Assembly (NCBI GenBank): GCA_013265495.1
Contig: MU058815.1
Span: 814,523 to 878,522 of the forward strand
Length of the DNA: 64,000 nt
Reading direction: 5' to 3'
Source of the DNA: Vicugna vicugna
Lineage: Eukaryota
The notes beneath the pieces are model-generated. The model saw only the letters and a list, made by a program, of their open reading frames with translations, searched no databases and was not told the origin of the DNA. Shown in pieces: positions 25,330-39,448 of the stretch (within the stretch, counting starts at the first letter, position 1; each line of letters opens with the position of its first letter). The position numbers were made by a program, and so were the translations under genes.

Positions 25330-25850
25330 TTTGATAAATGCTCTTGCATATGAATGCATCTCTCTGTTCAATATGCTGTTTGGTGTGTATGACTGTTGCA
25401 TTTGCCTAGATGTTAGCTGCATTCGCTGTTTACTTTCACTTGTGACTTCTTTCCACACAGCCTTTTTCAACACGGAATTTTTAAGCTCTATCCTGTCGCT
25501 ACATTTATAGTTCTCTTGTCTTCAGCTGCTACATAGCGTTCCATAGCATCCTTCCATCACACTTTATTTATCTCTTACAGTGGCCCAGATGTGACCCTCA
25601 ATTCCCCACTGCTGTACACGCATCACCACTCACCCACTATCCACACACAAGTCCCCTTATGGACCTGCTTTCTACAATATTCTCCCAGAAATGGATTTGG
25701 GGGCCAGGAGACACACACAGCTTAACCTCAGATTCCTTTCCAGAATTGCTGTGGAGTTTATATTCCCACCAGCAGTACATGAGATCCAGGTGTCAGCCAT
25801 CCTCACCAGCACTTGTCCTTGCTCAGCTTTCTTCACCTTTACAAATTTAG
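25330..25850 (-). mobile_element. Ancient L1 (L1ME-like) fragment
   Basis: tttatattcccaccagcagtacatgag...catcctcaccagcacttg. Confidence 0.6.
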
Positions 25851-26449
25851 GAAGCCCTGAAATGCAAGATGGTTTACACTTTATTGAGAGCTTTAGATCC
25901 TGCACACCCATCAAAAAATGATACATTTTCAAACTTGCCTATAGAAGGTTTGATTCATGTTCAACCAGTAACCCAGTCTTACTGGATCCTGATCTTTTTC
26001 ATGCCATGACACTGGGCATCCATCTTCACTCAGATACTGTCAAGAACTCTTTACTCATCCTGGAAATCCCTAGATATTAGCATATATTCCTTGAACCAAC
26101 ATCTGTCTGCCTGCCACACCATCCATAGTCCTAACCCCACGGCTGGAGCACCAATGAATGATCTGATCATTCCTCACCAGCTTCTGGGTGCTGCAGACAG
26201 CGGAAGTGAGCAGTGGTGTTCTCTCTCGCATGTCTTTTCTGATGTCGGCATGACCCATTCATTCAGCCTAGAATTGTACTAATTTTCCTTTTAGCTTCGA
26301 TTTTAGTTTCACTTTGTTGAAACAGCTGATCACACTGTTAACTGCCACCGGGCTGGAGGCCACCAAGCGCCCCTCAGACATGCCTTTCCATGGACTGTGC
26401 TGAAGAGGGTCCTTCCTTCTGCTGTAGTGACAGGCATGTGGCCAGGGCA

Positions 26450-26822
26450 AACAAATAGTGGCATACCGATACTGCGCTTCTCTGCAATAAAAATAACAAT
26501 GACTTGAATCTCAAAACAATCCTGCTGAGTGAAAGAGACCCGAAAAAAAGAGCATATGTTGTGTGTTTCCATTTGTACAAAATTCTAGAAAACTCAGACT
26601 AATCTTACAGTGATAGAAAACATCTGTGATGTTGGGGAGAGAGGGTTGGGAGGCAACCGCTAGAAAGAGTAATGAGGAAACTTCGGGGCTGATGGATTTG
26701 TTTATTATCTTGACTCCAGTGATGGTTTCACAGGTGCACGCTCGTGTCGAAATGCATCTGATCGTACACCTGAAATACGTCCTGCACTGCATGTCAATTA
26801 TGCTTTGATAAAGCTGCTTTTG
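26450..26822 (+). mobile_element. Ancient L1 (L1ME/L1MC-like) 3' end
   Basis: gaatctcaaaacaatcctgctgagtgaaag...tgtcaattatgctttgataaagctg. Confidence 0.7.
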
Positions 26823-27524
26823 AAAGGCGTTAGAGTGCAGAGTGATAAATGACTCTGACTGAACGTAAATGAGACAAACAGCAGGTGCAACAGGAGTGTC
26901 ATGGGGGAAACTAAGGTGACTTGGTCGGGGAGGGCGGCGCGAGGCGCTGGGGCTTGCAGCGGACCTTGAAGGAGGAAGGATACGGTCAGAGGAGAGGTAA
27001 AGGTATTTTAGTTGAAGACATGGCAGTTTGCAAGGATAATGACAAGACTGGCCAATGGATGTTGGGTAGGAGTGTGGAACTGGTTGGAGAAGGTGGTGGA
27101 TCTGAATGATGTGGGTCCTCAGGTGTCAGGTTAAGAACTGTACAACTTGGGATGAGAAGACAAGACCAGAGAGAGGACATAGCTGGGCCACATCCTGATG
27201 GGAAATCAGACACTTCAGGCGTCCTCGTGCGAATAACACTAAGTCACAGGAGTAAAGTTGAGGGTTGCAGTATCTGGGAAATCAGATTCCCCCCTCCTCC
27301 CACCACAGCCGGTGCAGTTGGGAGAAAATCCCCAACTTGTAGCTTCTCCTCCAGGAGGGAAGGGGGAGAATGGGACATGTGTCCAAAGTGTTGGCTTCCC
27401 AGGGGACTGGTCTGTGTCACCAACTCGGGGCACTGAGGGAATGGCAGTACACTTTGGGTGCCAAGTTTGGGGGCCAATGAGGACACAGGCAGCATCTCCA
27501 CTTGTTACAGAACCAGGGAGACAC

Positions 27525-27825
27525 TGTACTTCATGACATAAACAGGTCACAGAAAGACAAATACTGTAGGATTCCACTTACACAAAGAATCTAAAGTATT
27601 CAAACTCAGATAAACAAAATTTTGAATGTCGTGGCTGGGGCTGGGAAAAAGCAAGTGGAGAATTGTTGTCCACTGACTACAGAGTTTCAGCTTTGCAAGA
27701 TGCGAAAGGTCTGGAGATCTGCTGCACTACAATGTGAATATAGTTAATACTACTGAACCGTACACTTAAAAATGACTAGGATAGTAAATTTTACGTTATG
27801 TATTTTTAACACAACTTAAAATTAT
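27525..27825 (+). mobile_element. L1 3' end fragment
   Basis: cacagaaagacaaatactgtaggattccactta...gtacacttaaaaatg. Confidence 0.8.
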
Positions 27826-28689
27826 TTGTATATTTTATATATACCTGTATATATATATATTTGGGCAGTAGAAGACTAACTGAATTGATAAAAATTTTCT
27901 CAGTGTTTGTGTTTTTAAGTAAAACCTCATTCTGTCTTTAGTTTGTCATTTACACTTTGGATGATAATAAAGATGTTATGATATTTAAGAAATTACAGGT
28001 TTGGAGTCTTTAGTGTCACATTTTTTCCCCTGCTTATTTCATATGCTTTGGAATAAACTTAAAATCCTGCAGTTCTGTTTCCTGTCAAGTATTTTCCAAG
28101 TTGAGTGGGTCGATGTGCGACTTGCTCCTTGTCAGTTGTGGAAAAGAGACAATCGTCCTCCTCATTACGGCTGCATCAGGCGTAGCTAAGGAAACGCGCA
28201 GAGACACGGAAAGACACATGTCTTGTGAGCTACGGGGGACACACTGGATCCAATGTAAATCACGAACAGGGCACACTGACATTGTAACGAGAGTGTAAAC
28301 TTGGGTTCTATTGAGCATCCTCGTGTTACTGATGCTGGAGGGTCAGCACTGCATCAGGGGGTGGACACAAAACGCTGCTTGGGGCCAAATCCAGCCCAAC
28401 GACTTGATGGCTTGTAACTGCGCTGGGGTGAATTATATGAATCGACCATCAATGTTTTCACATGGTTTTCAACTCATGTGAACGCCCCCTCCCAGACCAG
28501 CATCTCGCACTTACCTTCACCTCCCCAGCTCTGCAGCTCAAGACCCAAGGTATTCCCTCGTTTGCATGTTGCTGTAGATGAGATGCCTTGGTGGTGACAT
28601 TTTGCTCCAAAGTTCCAAGTTCCACTCAGCCAGCCCCAAAGGCAGGAGAGGACAGACTGAAACGGAAGTCGGCAAAGCGAGGTGACTAC

Positions 28690-28930
28690 AGCTGTATGGC
28701 ATCACTGAAATTTGCTAAGAGAGTAGATCCTACAAGTCCTTGTCACAAGGAGAAAGTGTTTTTCTCCTTTTTCTCGGGGGGAGGGGTAACTATATGAAGT
28801 GATAGATGTTAACGAAGTTTATTGTGGTAGTCATTTTGCAATATATGTGAGTCAAATCGCTATGCTGCACACCTGAAACTGATACAATGCTGTATGTCAA
28901 CTATATCTTAAAACTGATAGAAAAAAAGAT
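28690..28930 (+). mobile_element. L1 3' end fragment
   Basis: gaaatttgctaagagagtagatc...tgtatgtcaactatatct and an A-rich tail. Confidence 0.8.
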
Positions 28931-28949
28931 AATACAGTGTGAGTGTTTA

Positions 28950-29066
28950 AACAGAAAAAGGAAGGAAGGAAAAGAAAAGAAAAGAAAGAGAGAAAGAAAG
29001 AAAGAAGGAAGGAAAGAAGGAAAGAAAGAAAGAGAGAAAAGGAAGCAAGGAAGGAAGGAAGGAAGA
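28950..29066 (+). repeat. Purine-rich (GAAA)n/(GGAA)n microsatellite
   Basis: Directly visible. Confidence 0.95.
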
Positions 29067-30079
29067 GCCTCTGTTATCCAGCAAGACCTCGAGGCTCGGA
29101 GTTTCCCCAGAAGGTCACATTCCGGACTCATCAACTTCCCCTTGTTCTCTAAAACAATGCCCTTGGCCTCCCTCTCTCTTAACCTACGAACTCGGATTCC
29201 TGGGCTGGAAGGACCACGTCCAGAACAGCTCTGGCATCGCCATGTACCAAGGAGCTCACACTCGGTTTAATGTTCTGATCTTGCCCTTTTGAGATTCTTA
29301 ACACTTTCTGTAAGAGAGTCTTGCCTTTTTATCATGTGTTGAAACAGCAGTCCTCTTCACAACTTAGCCCTAATCCCCTGATAGACCTAAGGTTTACTCC
29401 AGCAGCCTGCATGAATTCTCCCCTCCCCACTCCGACGTTCCTGAAGCCTTCTTCCACGTCCAGACAGATCTTGTGCAGTGAATGTCTTGCCAGTGTTTAG
29501 TATATCGCTGGAATTCAAAAATGATGTATTAATGGAACAAATGAATAATCTTTGCCCTGCCTAGCTGAAGAGGGAGCAAGTGTCTGTAAACATGTTTGAG
29601 AGATTTTAAGTTATTCACTAGAGGTAACTGAACTGAATTCCCTTCAATGGAATGCTTTGATAAACATAGAATATAAGCATAAATATCAAAAAGTTCTTAT
29701 ATAACTAGGACATAAATGTTGAGCAAAATTTAAACAAAGGCAGAAATTGAAAAATAATTAGGTCCATTACTCAGTAAATTAGCTTTTTTATCACTAATTA
29801 TTTGAAACCTTGTTTTCCCTCTTGCTTAATTAGAGGTAATTCACACTGATTTCCCCAGGTTTGGATTAAGCCTTCCTTAAACTAATTTGTAGTATAGAAA
29901 CTTTAAGGTGTTTTGGCAGCAAAAATGATTCTGAGAGTAGATTTCTTCAGCTGCTCCCCTGTCCTCATGGTTCCTCCTGGGTCATTTGCTCTGCTAAGGC
30001 GAGGACTAGGATAGTGGGAGAGGCAGCTGGCCCTCCTCAGCAGAGGGTAGGGCCCTGCGTGGGGGTAAGTAGCAGGCAT

Positions 30080-30545
30080 GCACCCCAATGTTCACAGCAG
30101 CACTGCTGACAATAGCCAAGTCATGGGCGCCACCCGAATGTCCATCCGACAGATGACTAGATAAAGATGTAGTGTATATACACATATAATGGAATATTAT
30201 TCGGCCATAAAAAAGAATGAAATAATGCCATTTGCAGCAATATGGTTGGACCTAGAGATTATCATATTAAGTGAAGTAAGTCAGACAGAGAAAGACAAAT
30301 ATCATACGATATTACTGATGTGTGGAATCTAATATGAAATCTTAGGGGATCTCAAATCTTCAAAATAATCTTGAAAAGGAAGAACAAAGTTGGAAGACAT
30401 ATTTCTTGGAATTCAAAACTTACTACAAAGTTACCACAATCAAAACAGTGTGGTCCTGGGATGAAAATGGACATATACTCCATATTGAATTAGAATAGAA
30501 ATAATCCCTCACATAGAGAGTCAAATAATTTTCAGCAAGGATTCC
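30080..30545 (+). mobile_element. L1 fragments (3' region, then an ORF2 piece)
   Basis: caccccaatgttcacagcagcac...gacctagagattatcatattaagtgaagtaagtcag; aataatcttgaaaaggaagaacaaagttggaa. Confidence 0.85.
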
Positions 30546-30776
30546 CGTAATTTTTATGTCAAAATTCATTTGTATAACCATTGTGCTTTGATAGAGCTTG
30601 AAATTTCCCCATAGACACCCTCACCCTTGGGATGGCCATAGCTCCATCTCTGCCTACTTAGCGCCTTTCAAACAAGTGTTCTGTGTCCTCACAACCTTAT
30701 CCTAGAAAAGGCTCTTTCCCAGTATAAGGGACAGTGGAAGCGGTCAAAGCAGAAAAATAGGGGTACAAGTTTAGAT

Positions 30777-31004
30777 CAGAGGTTGGCAAACTATGACCCA
30801 TGGGCTTAGTGTGGCCCACAGCCTGTTTTTTTCACAAAACAGAAAGGGATGTTGAAAGACAGCCACACTTACTCATTTATGCCTCATCTGGGGTGCTTTT
30901 GAATGCCAAGGACAGAGTGTAGCCACCCTAACGGGGACTGTGTGGCTCATAAGGCTTAAATTATTTCCTGTTTGCTCTCTACACAAAAGATTTGCTGATC
31001 TCTG
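30777..31004. mobile_element. MER58-like hAT/Charlie non-autonomous DNA transposon
   Basis: Terminal inverted repeats cagaggttggcaaa and tttgctgatctctg, ~230 bp apart. Confidence 0.78.
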
Positions 31005-32199
31005 GTCTATAGGTAGAGTTAGAAAAACAAGAGCTCTTAGGAACATTTTTTCAGCTACAAAGAATGTAAATATATTCAGAAAAAGATTGTATACTTACTG
31101 TCTTTTGATTTCTTCACCTTTATTCACATGATATTAATATTTGAACATGGCTAAGAAAACATGCTCTTCATTAATATATATTCTAAATGATATTTGAGAG
31201 AACATTTGTGTGGTCCTATGAGGTGGAATACAAAACAGTCTAATTTTGCTCAGAAATCCACCCTGATTTTTTTTTAACTACATGTAATTTTTTTAACTTC
31301 TCATATCAAATAGACATCTAAATTGTACACTCACTCTTACTGTTCTGCTTGAAAGAATATAGCAAATAGAGTCAAAGAATAAAATCGGAGATTTTATCCA
31401 CACAAGAAACTCCTGCATATTACATTCATGCAATATGCTTGTGATTATTTTAATTTGTCTTTCATTCTTCACTGGAGATTCATACTCCTGGACGATATGA
31501 GACTGAAATTCAGTTGATCTTAACAGTCCAGTACTCTCTAAGGAGGAGATCTTAAAAAAAACTAAAAAACGTAGAAGTGTGTTCCTTTCTTTACCCAGCC
31601 ATTTTCCCTAATGGCAAAGCTGATAGAATTTACCAAGTGGCCTACAATTCTGACCAGGAAACACATCTGGAGAAGAATTCTGCTCAGCTAATAGCAGACA
31701 CAAAACAGATATCCATATAGCTTCAGCCCAGATCAGTGGCTCCTCCTAGAAAAATGCTTGGTTGTGCTTGATAGAGATTTTAATTCCAACCCATCGCACA
31801 CTGGAGCTCGAGCTCACTGTGCTGTAGACCGGCATCATCTTAAATCCACGCAAGCTGCTCACCTCCACACTCCGTCCCCCCTAGACTGTTTTACACTTTC
31901 CCAATACAAGTCCTGTGTGCCCTGGAAGAGGCGGAGAAGCTGGGAAGGAGAATCTTTACCTCCAAACTATGATGTGAAGTCATTTGCTATGAATGAGGAT
32001 AGAGAACTTAAACCTTTACAATGGATACCTTGGACGGCAGCATCTTCGTCTACAAAAGAATTCCTAGCACCATTGTCAGAAACCATATATGGAAGCATAG
32101 ATGCTTCAGGTCTAAACCTTCAGATTTCCTGTCTCCTTAGCATTATAGGCCCCCTGGGATCTGTGTTTGTTTGCTTTTAAATTGTACATACTCCTTTGT

Positions 32200-34015
32200 G
32201 TCTTCCTTCCTTCACCTAACAGTTATTTTAAGGCTTACACAGGTCACATGCATCCCTATTAGTTCATTTTTTGTTGCCATATAATATTCCATGCTATGGC
32301 TATGCCACAATTTGCTTATCCATTTATGTGTTGATGGGCATTTGTTTGTTTCTGCTTTTAGGCCATTACAAATAAAAGCTGTTATAAATCTCTGTATGAA
32401 CTTAAGCTTTCTTTTCACTTGAGTGCATATCTAAGAGGAAGGGGCTCCACCGTAGTGGAGGGAAAATGTGTTAACTTGTAACAAACTGCAAACTGTTTTC
32501 TAAAGTGATTGTACCATTTACCACTTCAGCCATCAGTATATGAAAGTTTTACCTCCTTCACATCCATGCCAAAACTTGGTAGGGTCAGTCTTTTTAATTT
32601 TAGGGATTCTTACAATTCATTGTGGTTTTAATTTGGGTTTATTTAATGACTAGTGACGTTGAACATGTTTTCAATATGTTTTCCATTGATCCATCTTCTT
32701 TAGTGAATGTCTTCTCAAATGTTTCCTATTTTTGAGTTGTCACTGTTGTTTTGAGTTTTGAGAGTTCTTTACATATTCTGGGTGTAAGACTTTTTTTCAG
32801 ATATAGGATCTGCAAGTATTTTTTCTCAGTTTGTGACTAACAGTGTCTGTTGAAAAGCAGAAGGTTTTTGTTTGTTTCATTTTGATGAAGTACAATTTCT
32901 TGACTTTTTATATGGCTCCCACTTTTTGATTCATTTCATATTTAAAAAAACTCTGCTTAAATCAAAGCCACGAGGACTTCTCTTTTAGGAGAGTGGTAGT
33001 TTTAGGTTTTTCATTTTGATCTGTGATCATTTTGAGTTATCAAAATATAGATCAAAGTTTATTTTTTACATGTGGATGTCTAATTGTTCCAGCACTATTT
33101 GTTAAAGAGACAGTATGTTTTTCCCCACTAGATTATCTCTGTACTTTTGTCAAAAATCAACTGTCTATATCTGTGTGGGTCTATTACTAGACTCTGTTCA
33201 GTTACATCAGCCTATTTGTCACCTTGATGCCGATACCACACTCTCCTGATTACTAGTTTTGTAATCAATCTGGAAATCAGGACGTTTTCATCCTCTTTGT
33301 TCTTTTTTAGAATTGTTTCTGTTGTTCTGGGTCTTAGGCATTTTCATGAGAATTTTAGAATTAGTTTTTCAATTTTTACAGAAAACAAAACAAAATCTAC
33401 TGGAGTTTCGACTGGGAGTATATTGAGTTTGCAGATCAATTCGAGGAGAATTGACAACTTTACAATAGCAAATCTTTCCACCTTTGCACAAGCTATATTT
33501 CTCCATTTATTTAGGTCTTCCTCAACTTCTCTTAGCAATGATTTTTCATTTTTTTAATGTACAGAAGCTGTATATCTTTTGTCAGATATTATCTGGAAAT
33601 ATTTCATAGTTTTGGATGTTACCCTAAATGATTTTTTAAATTTTAATTTCTAAATCTTGGTTGTTCTTATACAGAAAGTGGTTGGCGTTTTTTATTTATT
33701 TGTTTACTTTTTTGGTAGAGGTGAGCAGTAAATGTGGACCACACATAAGTCTTCTATATTCTTTTTTTAAGAACTTTTAAAATGTAAAACAAAGAAACTT
33801 ATGACCATCCTTCATGGAAACAGGCCTTAAAATGAGTAAATCTAGTGGTTTTATTGCAAACAAAAATATAAAATAATTCTTAGCTCCCAGGCTGTACAAA
33901 AACAGATTGTAGGCCAGATCTGGCACGTTTGCTTACTCTTAGAGCATAATTGATTTTGTACATCGATCTTGTATTTTGCAAGTGCTGTAAACTTGCTTAT
34001 TCTTGTAGCTTTTTT
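32200..34015 (-). mobile_element. Old L1 3' half, interrupted by a MER58-like fragment (~33740-33940)
   Basis: Minus ORFs LREVEEDLNKWRNIACA...KIEKLILKF and NKCPSTHKWISKLWHSHSMEYY are L1 ORF2-like. Confidence 0.85.
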
Positions 34016-34039
34016 TGGGGGGGGGTAGATATTGACATG

Positions 34040-34480
34040 ACTGTTCTTGACTAAACATTAGTCAGGCTCTCCAGGCCCTCTAGGCCTTGATCTTGGAATC
34101 TGTCCTTGTCAGGCATACGATGCTTGGAGTAGCAAGAATTGCTATGTCAGTTTGTAGAAAACCCCTTAGCCTTGATAGCTAATCATTCTAGATACCTGAT
34201 CAAATTCTTCATCCCCTATGTGGTATCTGACCACCCCGGCCTGCCTTCAGCCAGACTTCTGGCAGATCAATTTAGCAAGAACCTGCCTTACCCCTGATGT
34301 TTCCTCTCAGTAAATTTCCATCCACTGAGCACCCCCACCACCGCTCCTTGGCTATAAACGCCCACTTGTCCATGCTATATTCAGAATTAACTCCAGTTCT
34401 AGCCTTAGGGCTCTCTTCCTTACTGCAACAGTTTCCGAATAAAATATGCTCTTATTGCTTTCAGTTCTGTCTAATGATGA
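34040..34480 (+). mobile_element. Solo LTR, MER39-like (ERV1)
   Basis: cttgactaaacattagtcaggctc, TATA-like ggctataaa, and aataaa at ~34438. Similar to 19135-19610. Confidence 0.72.
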
Positions 34481-34559
34481 TTTTAATGATACGATCGAAT
34501 TTTCTACATAAATAATCATATTGTCAGCAAAGTTTTATTTTTTATTTCCGGTGGGTTCC

Positions 34560-34562
34560 TTT

Positions 34563-34616
<54 letters not shown>

Positions 34617-34818
34617 TTTCTTCCTTTCTTCCTTTCTTCCTTTCTTTCTTCCTTCCTTCCTTCCTTCCTTCCTTCCTTCCTTCCTTCCTTCCTTCCTTTC
34701 TTTCTTTTCCTTTTGCTTGATTGCACTATATAGGTAGATACGTAGGTAGGTAGGTTGGTAGGTAGGTAGCTTGATAAATAGGTAGATAGATATGTAGGTA
34801 GGTAGATAGGTAGGTAGA
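34560..34818 (+). repeat. (TTTC)n/(TTCC)n followed by (TAGG)n/(TAGA)n microsatellites
   Basis: Directly visible. Confidence 0.95.
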
Positions 34819-35192
34819 TTTATTATGAGAAATTAATTCATGTGATTACAGAGGTTAAGTCCCAAGGTCTGCCATCTGCCAGTTGGATACCCAAGAGAAT
34901 CAGTGCTATAATTTAGTCCAAGTCTGAAGGCCTGAGAGCCAGGGAAGCTGAGAGTGTAAGTCCCAGTCTGAGGGCAAGAGAGACCAATGTTTCAGCTCAG
35001 CAGTCAGGCACAGAGACCTTAACCTCCTCCACCTTTTTGTCCTATTCAGGCCACCCTCAGTGGTTGGATGAGCCCTACCCATACTGGGGAGAGCAATTTG
35101 CAGATGTTAATCTTATTCAGAATCACTCAGATTAACATATGACTCGATATCTGAGCTCCCCCTGGCCCAGTCAACACTTAGATTTAACCACA
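34819..35192 (-). mobile_element. ERVL LTR (MLT2-like)
   Basis: aagtcccaaggtctgccatctg...agtccaagtctgaaggcctgagagccaggg...ggcccagtcaa...ttaaccacac. Confidence 0.8.
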
Positions 35193-38100
35193 CGTTGTCC
35201 AGGTCTATAAAATAGAGATTCCTTCACCTATCAATTCTTAAAGAGTGCTTATTTATGCAACCTGGAACCTGGCCTGGTGGGACGCATTAGGAATAGAGTA
35301 GCAGCATTCTGTTTATCTATTGCTGTGTAACACAATAACCCAAATTTTGTAGCCTTAAAACAACTACTTTAATTTGCTCATGGCTCCCAGGGGCCAGGAA
35401 TCTGGAAACTTCAGAGGAACCCGTCTTAGGGCTGGGGCTTCGTGATTACATAGTGAACAAGTTGAGGTGTAAATGGTGATATTGGCGTAAATGGTGATAT
35501 TAACTAACAAGAGTTCCTGGTGGAGCTTCCTCTTAAATCTCAAAGAGTCTGTTCGGCATCGTGGGACCGTCCGGTGGTCTGCGGGTCATCAGCCCCACGA
35601 CCTTCTTTATCTGATCAGACCCATCAGGTGCCAGAAGGAACTTCGGAGGGTCTGGTCACTCTCCTGAGAGCATCGTCCGGTGACTCCCCTCCTGGGGGGG
35701 TGACTCAGAATCCAAACATGCCTGTAAGTTTCAGTGGCCAGAGAAAGGTGAAACAAACAGGGGAATCAATCAGTTCAGCTTTAACAACAGGCCTGGGAGC
35801 CGGGAGCTGTGTCAGTCAGGCAGGTTTGCTGGCCATTTTGGAAGCAAGCAGTGAGCGTAAAGCTAAGGCTTTGTTAACCTAAGTGTGGCCATTCTGTTCT
35901 TTCTCCTTCAAGCACACCATCACTTACGAGTGTCACAACCCAGAAGCAGTGGAGGTGCCTGGAGGAGTCGGGCCTCCCGGGCCCCAGTCTGCTGGTGCTG
36001 CTGCTGCCGCCGCCCACACAAACGTGGCTCCCTGATGCAGCTGCACGGCAGAGCCTGGGCCGCAGGCTCCGCGGCTCTTTCACAGAGGCGGGTTTGCTGA
36101 TGCTGAGAGATCAGGGAGTCACCAGTGAGAAAGAAAAGAACACAGTTCTGGGCTGCTGTCCTAAAACGCTATGAGAAATCCCCAAAGAGGAACAGGAAGA
36201 AACAAAAGAAGGTGGGATGTTCCAGGCTATGGGGACAGTTGCTCTGGGGTTCTAAATCCACCATCCTTACTTCCATGGTTCCAAGTCTGTTCACAGTAGG
36301 CTCCTAACGGTCCACCTGCCAGGGATTCACTTTAGGGTAATCATTCTTTGTGTTTTTTTCTTCTACAAAAAGTGTAAAGAACTTTTTAAATTGTGTAATG
36401 TAGGCAAAATTATTTAAGTCAATAAAATTTTTTTAAGAATTTCACATATTCTGCGACACTCCACTGCCCGTCACTTTAATTCCCCCTGTGTTCGAGTTGT
36501 AATCTGCAACACAGCCCTTTCAAAAAGAATTTTTGCTCAGTCAACAGTTGTCATGTCGGCCAGTCCATGATTCTTTCAGTTGGGGTTCTTTGATCTCCAT
36601 CGGAACATGGACACACTTCAAAAACTCCTCATCTGTAATCTTTGGGCTCCAATTTCCCTGAGCAGTTTACTTTAGGACTGTATTTGGGGTCAGGGAAGTT
36701 TGACCTGCCTGGTTTTGAATTTTAGACACCCACTAAACTTGCATTAAGTTCAAATCATGTTTACGCCTAATCTTATCACACCCTAGAACGTCACTGATCA
36801 TTGGGATACGCCCATACCTAAGATAAAAACGTTTGACAGGTATTTTTTTCATCGTTTATTTAGCAGCTCTGTCTTGGAGTTCTTGCCCAGAGATCTAGCA
36901 TGTAGTTCTGTGAGGAAAGGAAACCATATAGTTACTTCACGAGATGTTTCCAGTGATGCGGGTCTATAGAAGAAGCATCACTGGGATGGCCCTCAAGAGT
37001 GGTAACCATTCTTAATATAAAACATAGCTGGAAATGGCACATTTTTAAAGGTCAGGGGCTGGAACTGAGTTGGAAGAAAGGTGAGGACACCTATGTCATT
37101 TGCATGGGATGCCAGAGGTCACTGAGCAGCCTCAGGCCGTAGAATCCCCCTGCCCTGTTAAGAGGTCACTGCAAGCAAAGCCTGTGTTGAAGAAAAACAA
37201 AATCCCCTGGGGCCAGTTGTAGCTCTGTTGGCCATGGGTCCTTTTTTGCGTGTTCATGTTTTATTTCATGTCTTGAAAGGGATGCTGGCCATCTGAAGCT
37301 CAATCCTTTCCTTCTGGAGATGATTTTATGCCCCTTGGTTTGGGAGGAAGATTGATTTTGGGCTCAGAGGAAAATGATCTGTCCTGCATGAAATACGGCC
37401 GTGGGAAGAGGCCAACAGAACAGCAAGAGAGATGCACTGTGGCTCCTCCACTCCTCCCGCCGCATCTGCCCCTCCCCACGGCTTTAACGCAGGTACCTGG
37501 CACCCTGGCTGGAGCTCTCTGCGTGCGTCTGGCTGCCCCGGGTTGGGTGGGAAGGTGACTTGAGAACATCCTGGCCCCAGCCGTGTTTCTGTTCCTGTGG
37601 GTAATCTCTTTGCTCTCCTTTCCCTGTGGTGATCCCAGAAATTTCCTTCTGTGGAAGGCACTCTGTGACTGCTGGAAACACAGCCCGTGATCCGGAGGCT
37701 TTTTTCATGACTTCCGCCCAAATATCATAACCTTGTGTCAGAGTTCTGAGGAAAACTGATGATCAGCAAAGAAACTAGAAATCGAATGTCACTGAAGAAA
37801 GATGGCTCTTCCCCGGCAAATTCGATGTAGACTCCAACTAGAGCTCTGCACACCTGTAACTACAGAATACACTTTCCAAGGACGCACGGCGCGGTGCTAT
37901 CTGGACTGGGGCATCCATCGCGTTATTTATATCGAGGGTCTCCCAGGAAATTTCTGCTTCTCTTTTCTGCTTTGGTTGTGACTCTTCTCTCCGGAGGTGC
38001 AAGAATTAAAAGGAACACTTAGGAAATTCTGCTCCGAGAACTTGCAAGAAAGTTATTGCTGGCCAAAATTCACCTTCCAATTAACGAAAAGGGAATACAG

Positions 38101-38897
38101 GGGCTTGTTAAAAAAGTAATCTCAATAAGAGACATGAGGCGAGACAGAATGTTTAAATGACAAAGACACATAGAATCTTGCAGGACCCTTTAATTCTTGA
38201 CGCTCTCATGTTTGTACACAGGGCAGGTGATGAAGCAGAGAAAAATCTTTCCTACTTGGTAACGAAGGCCGGTCTCCTAAGGACCTTTTCTTCCAGTAAT
38301 TGGTCACCTGCTCCCTCATTATTGCATTTCCTCACAAGTAATAAGGCTGAACTTCTTTAGGAATAGTCTGTTGGGTTTTAACGCCTCCCAATTATTTTGA
38401 GTCTGCGACTTCATAGAGCAGAGAGCTGAACAAACGAGGAGATTGCTCTTTGGAGCTCAGCAGGCAGAGGCCCGAAGCACTTTAAGACACAGCAGGACCA
38501 ACATCACAGCGTTTGCTGTGCCCCATACCTGCTCCCCTCAGCTTCCTAATTTGGCCCTGCAGGTCCCACCACGTCACACATACACCAGCGCTGGATTTCC
38601 TGGAGCGACTGTCAACTCTTGCTGTAAAACTTCTTCCAACCTCAGTACCTCCTGGATCATGAGCATTATGTTTAGCAGTCAAGAGAGGCCCAGGCCTCCG
38701 CCTCCACTGACTTTGCTCTGCTGTCTGGCATGACGGCGGCCGGTCTAAACCCGATATGCCAAAGCTGATGGCAGGTGTGACGCTGCCCGAATCCCTGGTG
38801 ATGACTTATAGACTCTTGGGAGATTTCATGCCCACCCACCATCCTTCTTCAGAGACCCTGCTCTGGTTACATGAGCCAAAGTTAATTGCACTCATGT

Positions 38898-39011
38898 GGG
38901 GAGGATATAGCTCAGTGGCAGAGTGAATGCTTAGCGTGCACCCACGAAGTCCTGGGTTCAATCCCCAGCACCTCCATTAAAGAAATAAATAAACCTACTT
39001 ACTTCCCAAAA
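38898..39011 (+). mobile_element. tRNA-derived SINE (Vic-1-like, camelid)
   Basis: tagctcagtgg (A box), gggttcaatccc (B box). TSD caaagttaattg at 38877-38888 and 39012-39023. Confidence 0.88.
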
Positions 39012-39094
39012 CAAAGTTAATTGTATGCTAAACAGCATTATGTGCAGTAGGCAAGAGCTCAAATATATATATATATTTCCCCCAAAGTATCTTT

Positions 39095-39448
39095 TGTTGT
39101 GTTTTTACATTTTTTTACTGAAGTATAGTCATTTTACAATGTTGTGTCAAATTCCAGTGTAGAGCACAGTTTTTCAGTTATACATGAACATACATATATT
39201 CATTGTCACATTTTTTTTTTGCTGTGAGCCACCACAAGATCTTGTATACTTTTCCCTGTGCTACACAGTATAGTCTTGTTTATCTATTCTACATTTTGAA
39301 ATCCCAGTCTGTCCCTTCCCACCCCCTGCCCCCTTGGCAACCACAAGTTTGTATTCTATGTCTATGAGTCTCTTTCTGTTTTGTATTTATGCTTTGGTTT
39401 TTTGGGGATTTTTTGTTGTTTTTTTGTTTTGTTTTGTTTTGTTTTGAT
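39095..39448 (-). mobile_element. Young 5'-truncated L1 3' end
   Basis: Perfect 13-bp TSD ccaaagtatcttt at 39082-39094 and 39449-39461. Same family as 54431-54655. Confidence 0.9.

Noticed and set aside
28887..29270. Lys/Arg/Glu-rich ORFs here and at 34521-34733
   Set aside because: Translations of microsatellites.
35469..35501. Short tandem duplication gtaaatggtgatatt x2 (similar 17-bp repeat at 4292-4339)
   Set aside because: Ordinary slippage duplications with only two units; not an array or CRISPR-like structure.
38898..38980. tRNA-like sequence
   Set aside because: SINE head with AT-rich tail and TSD; no full cloverleaf.
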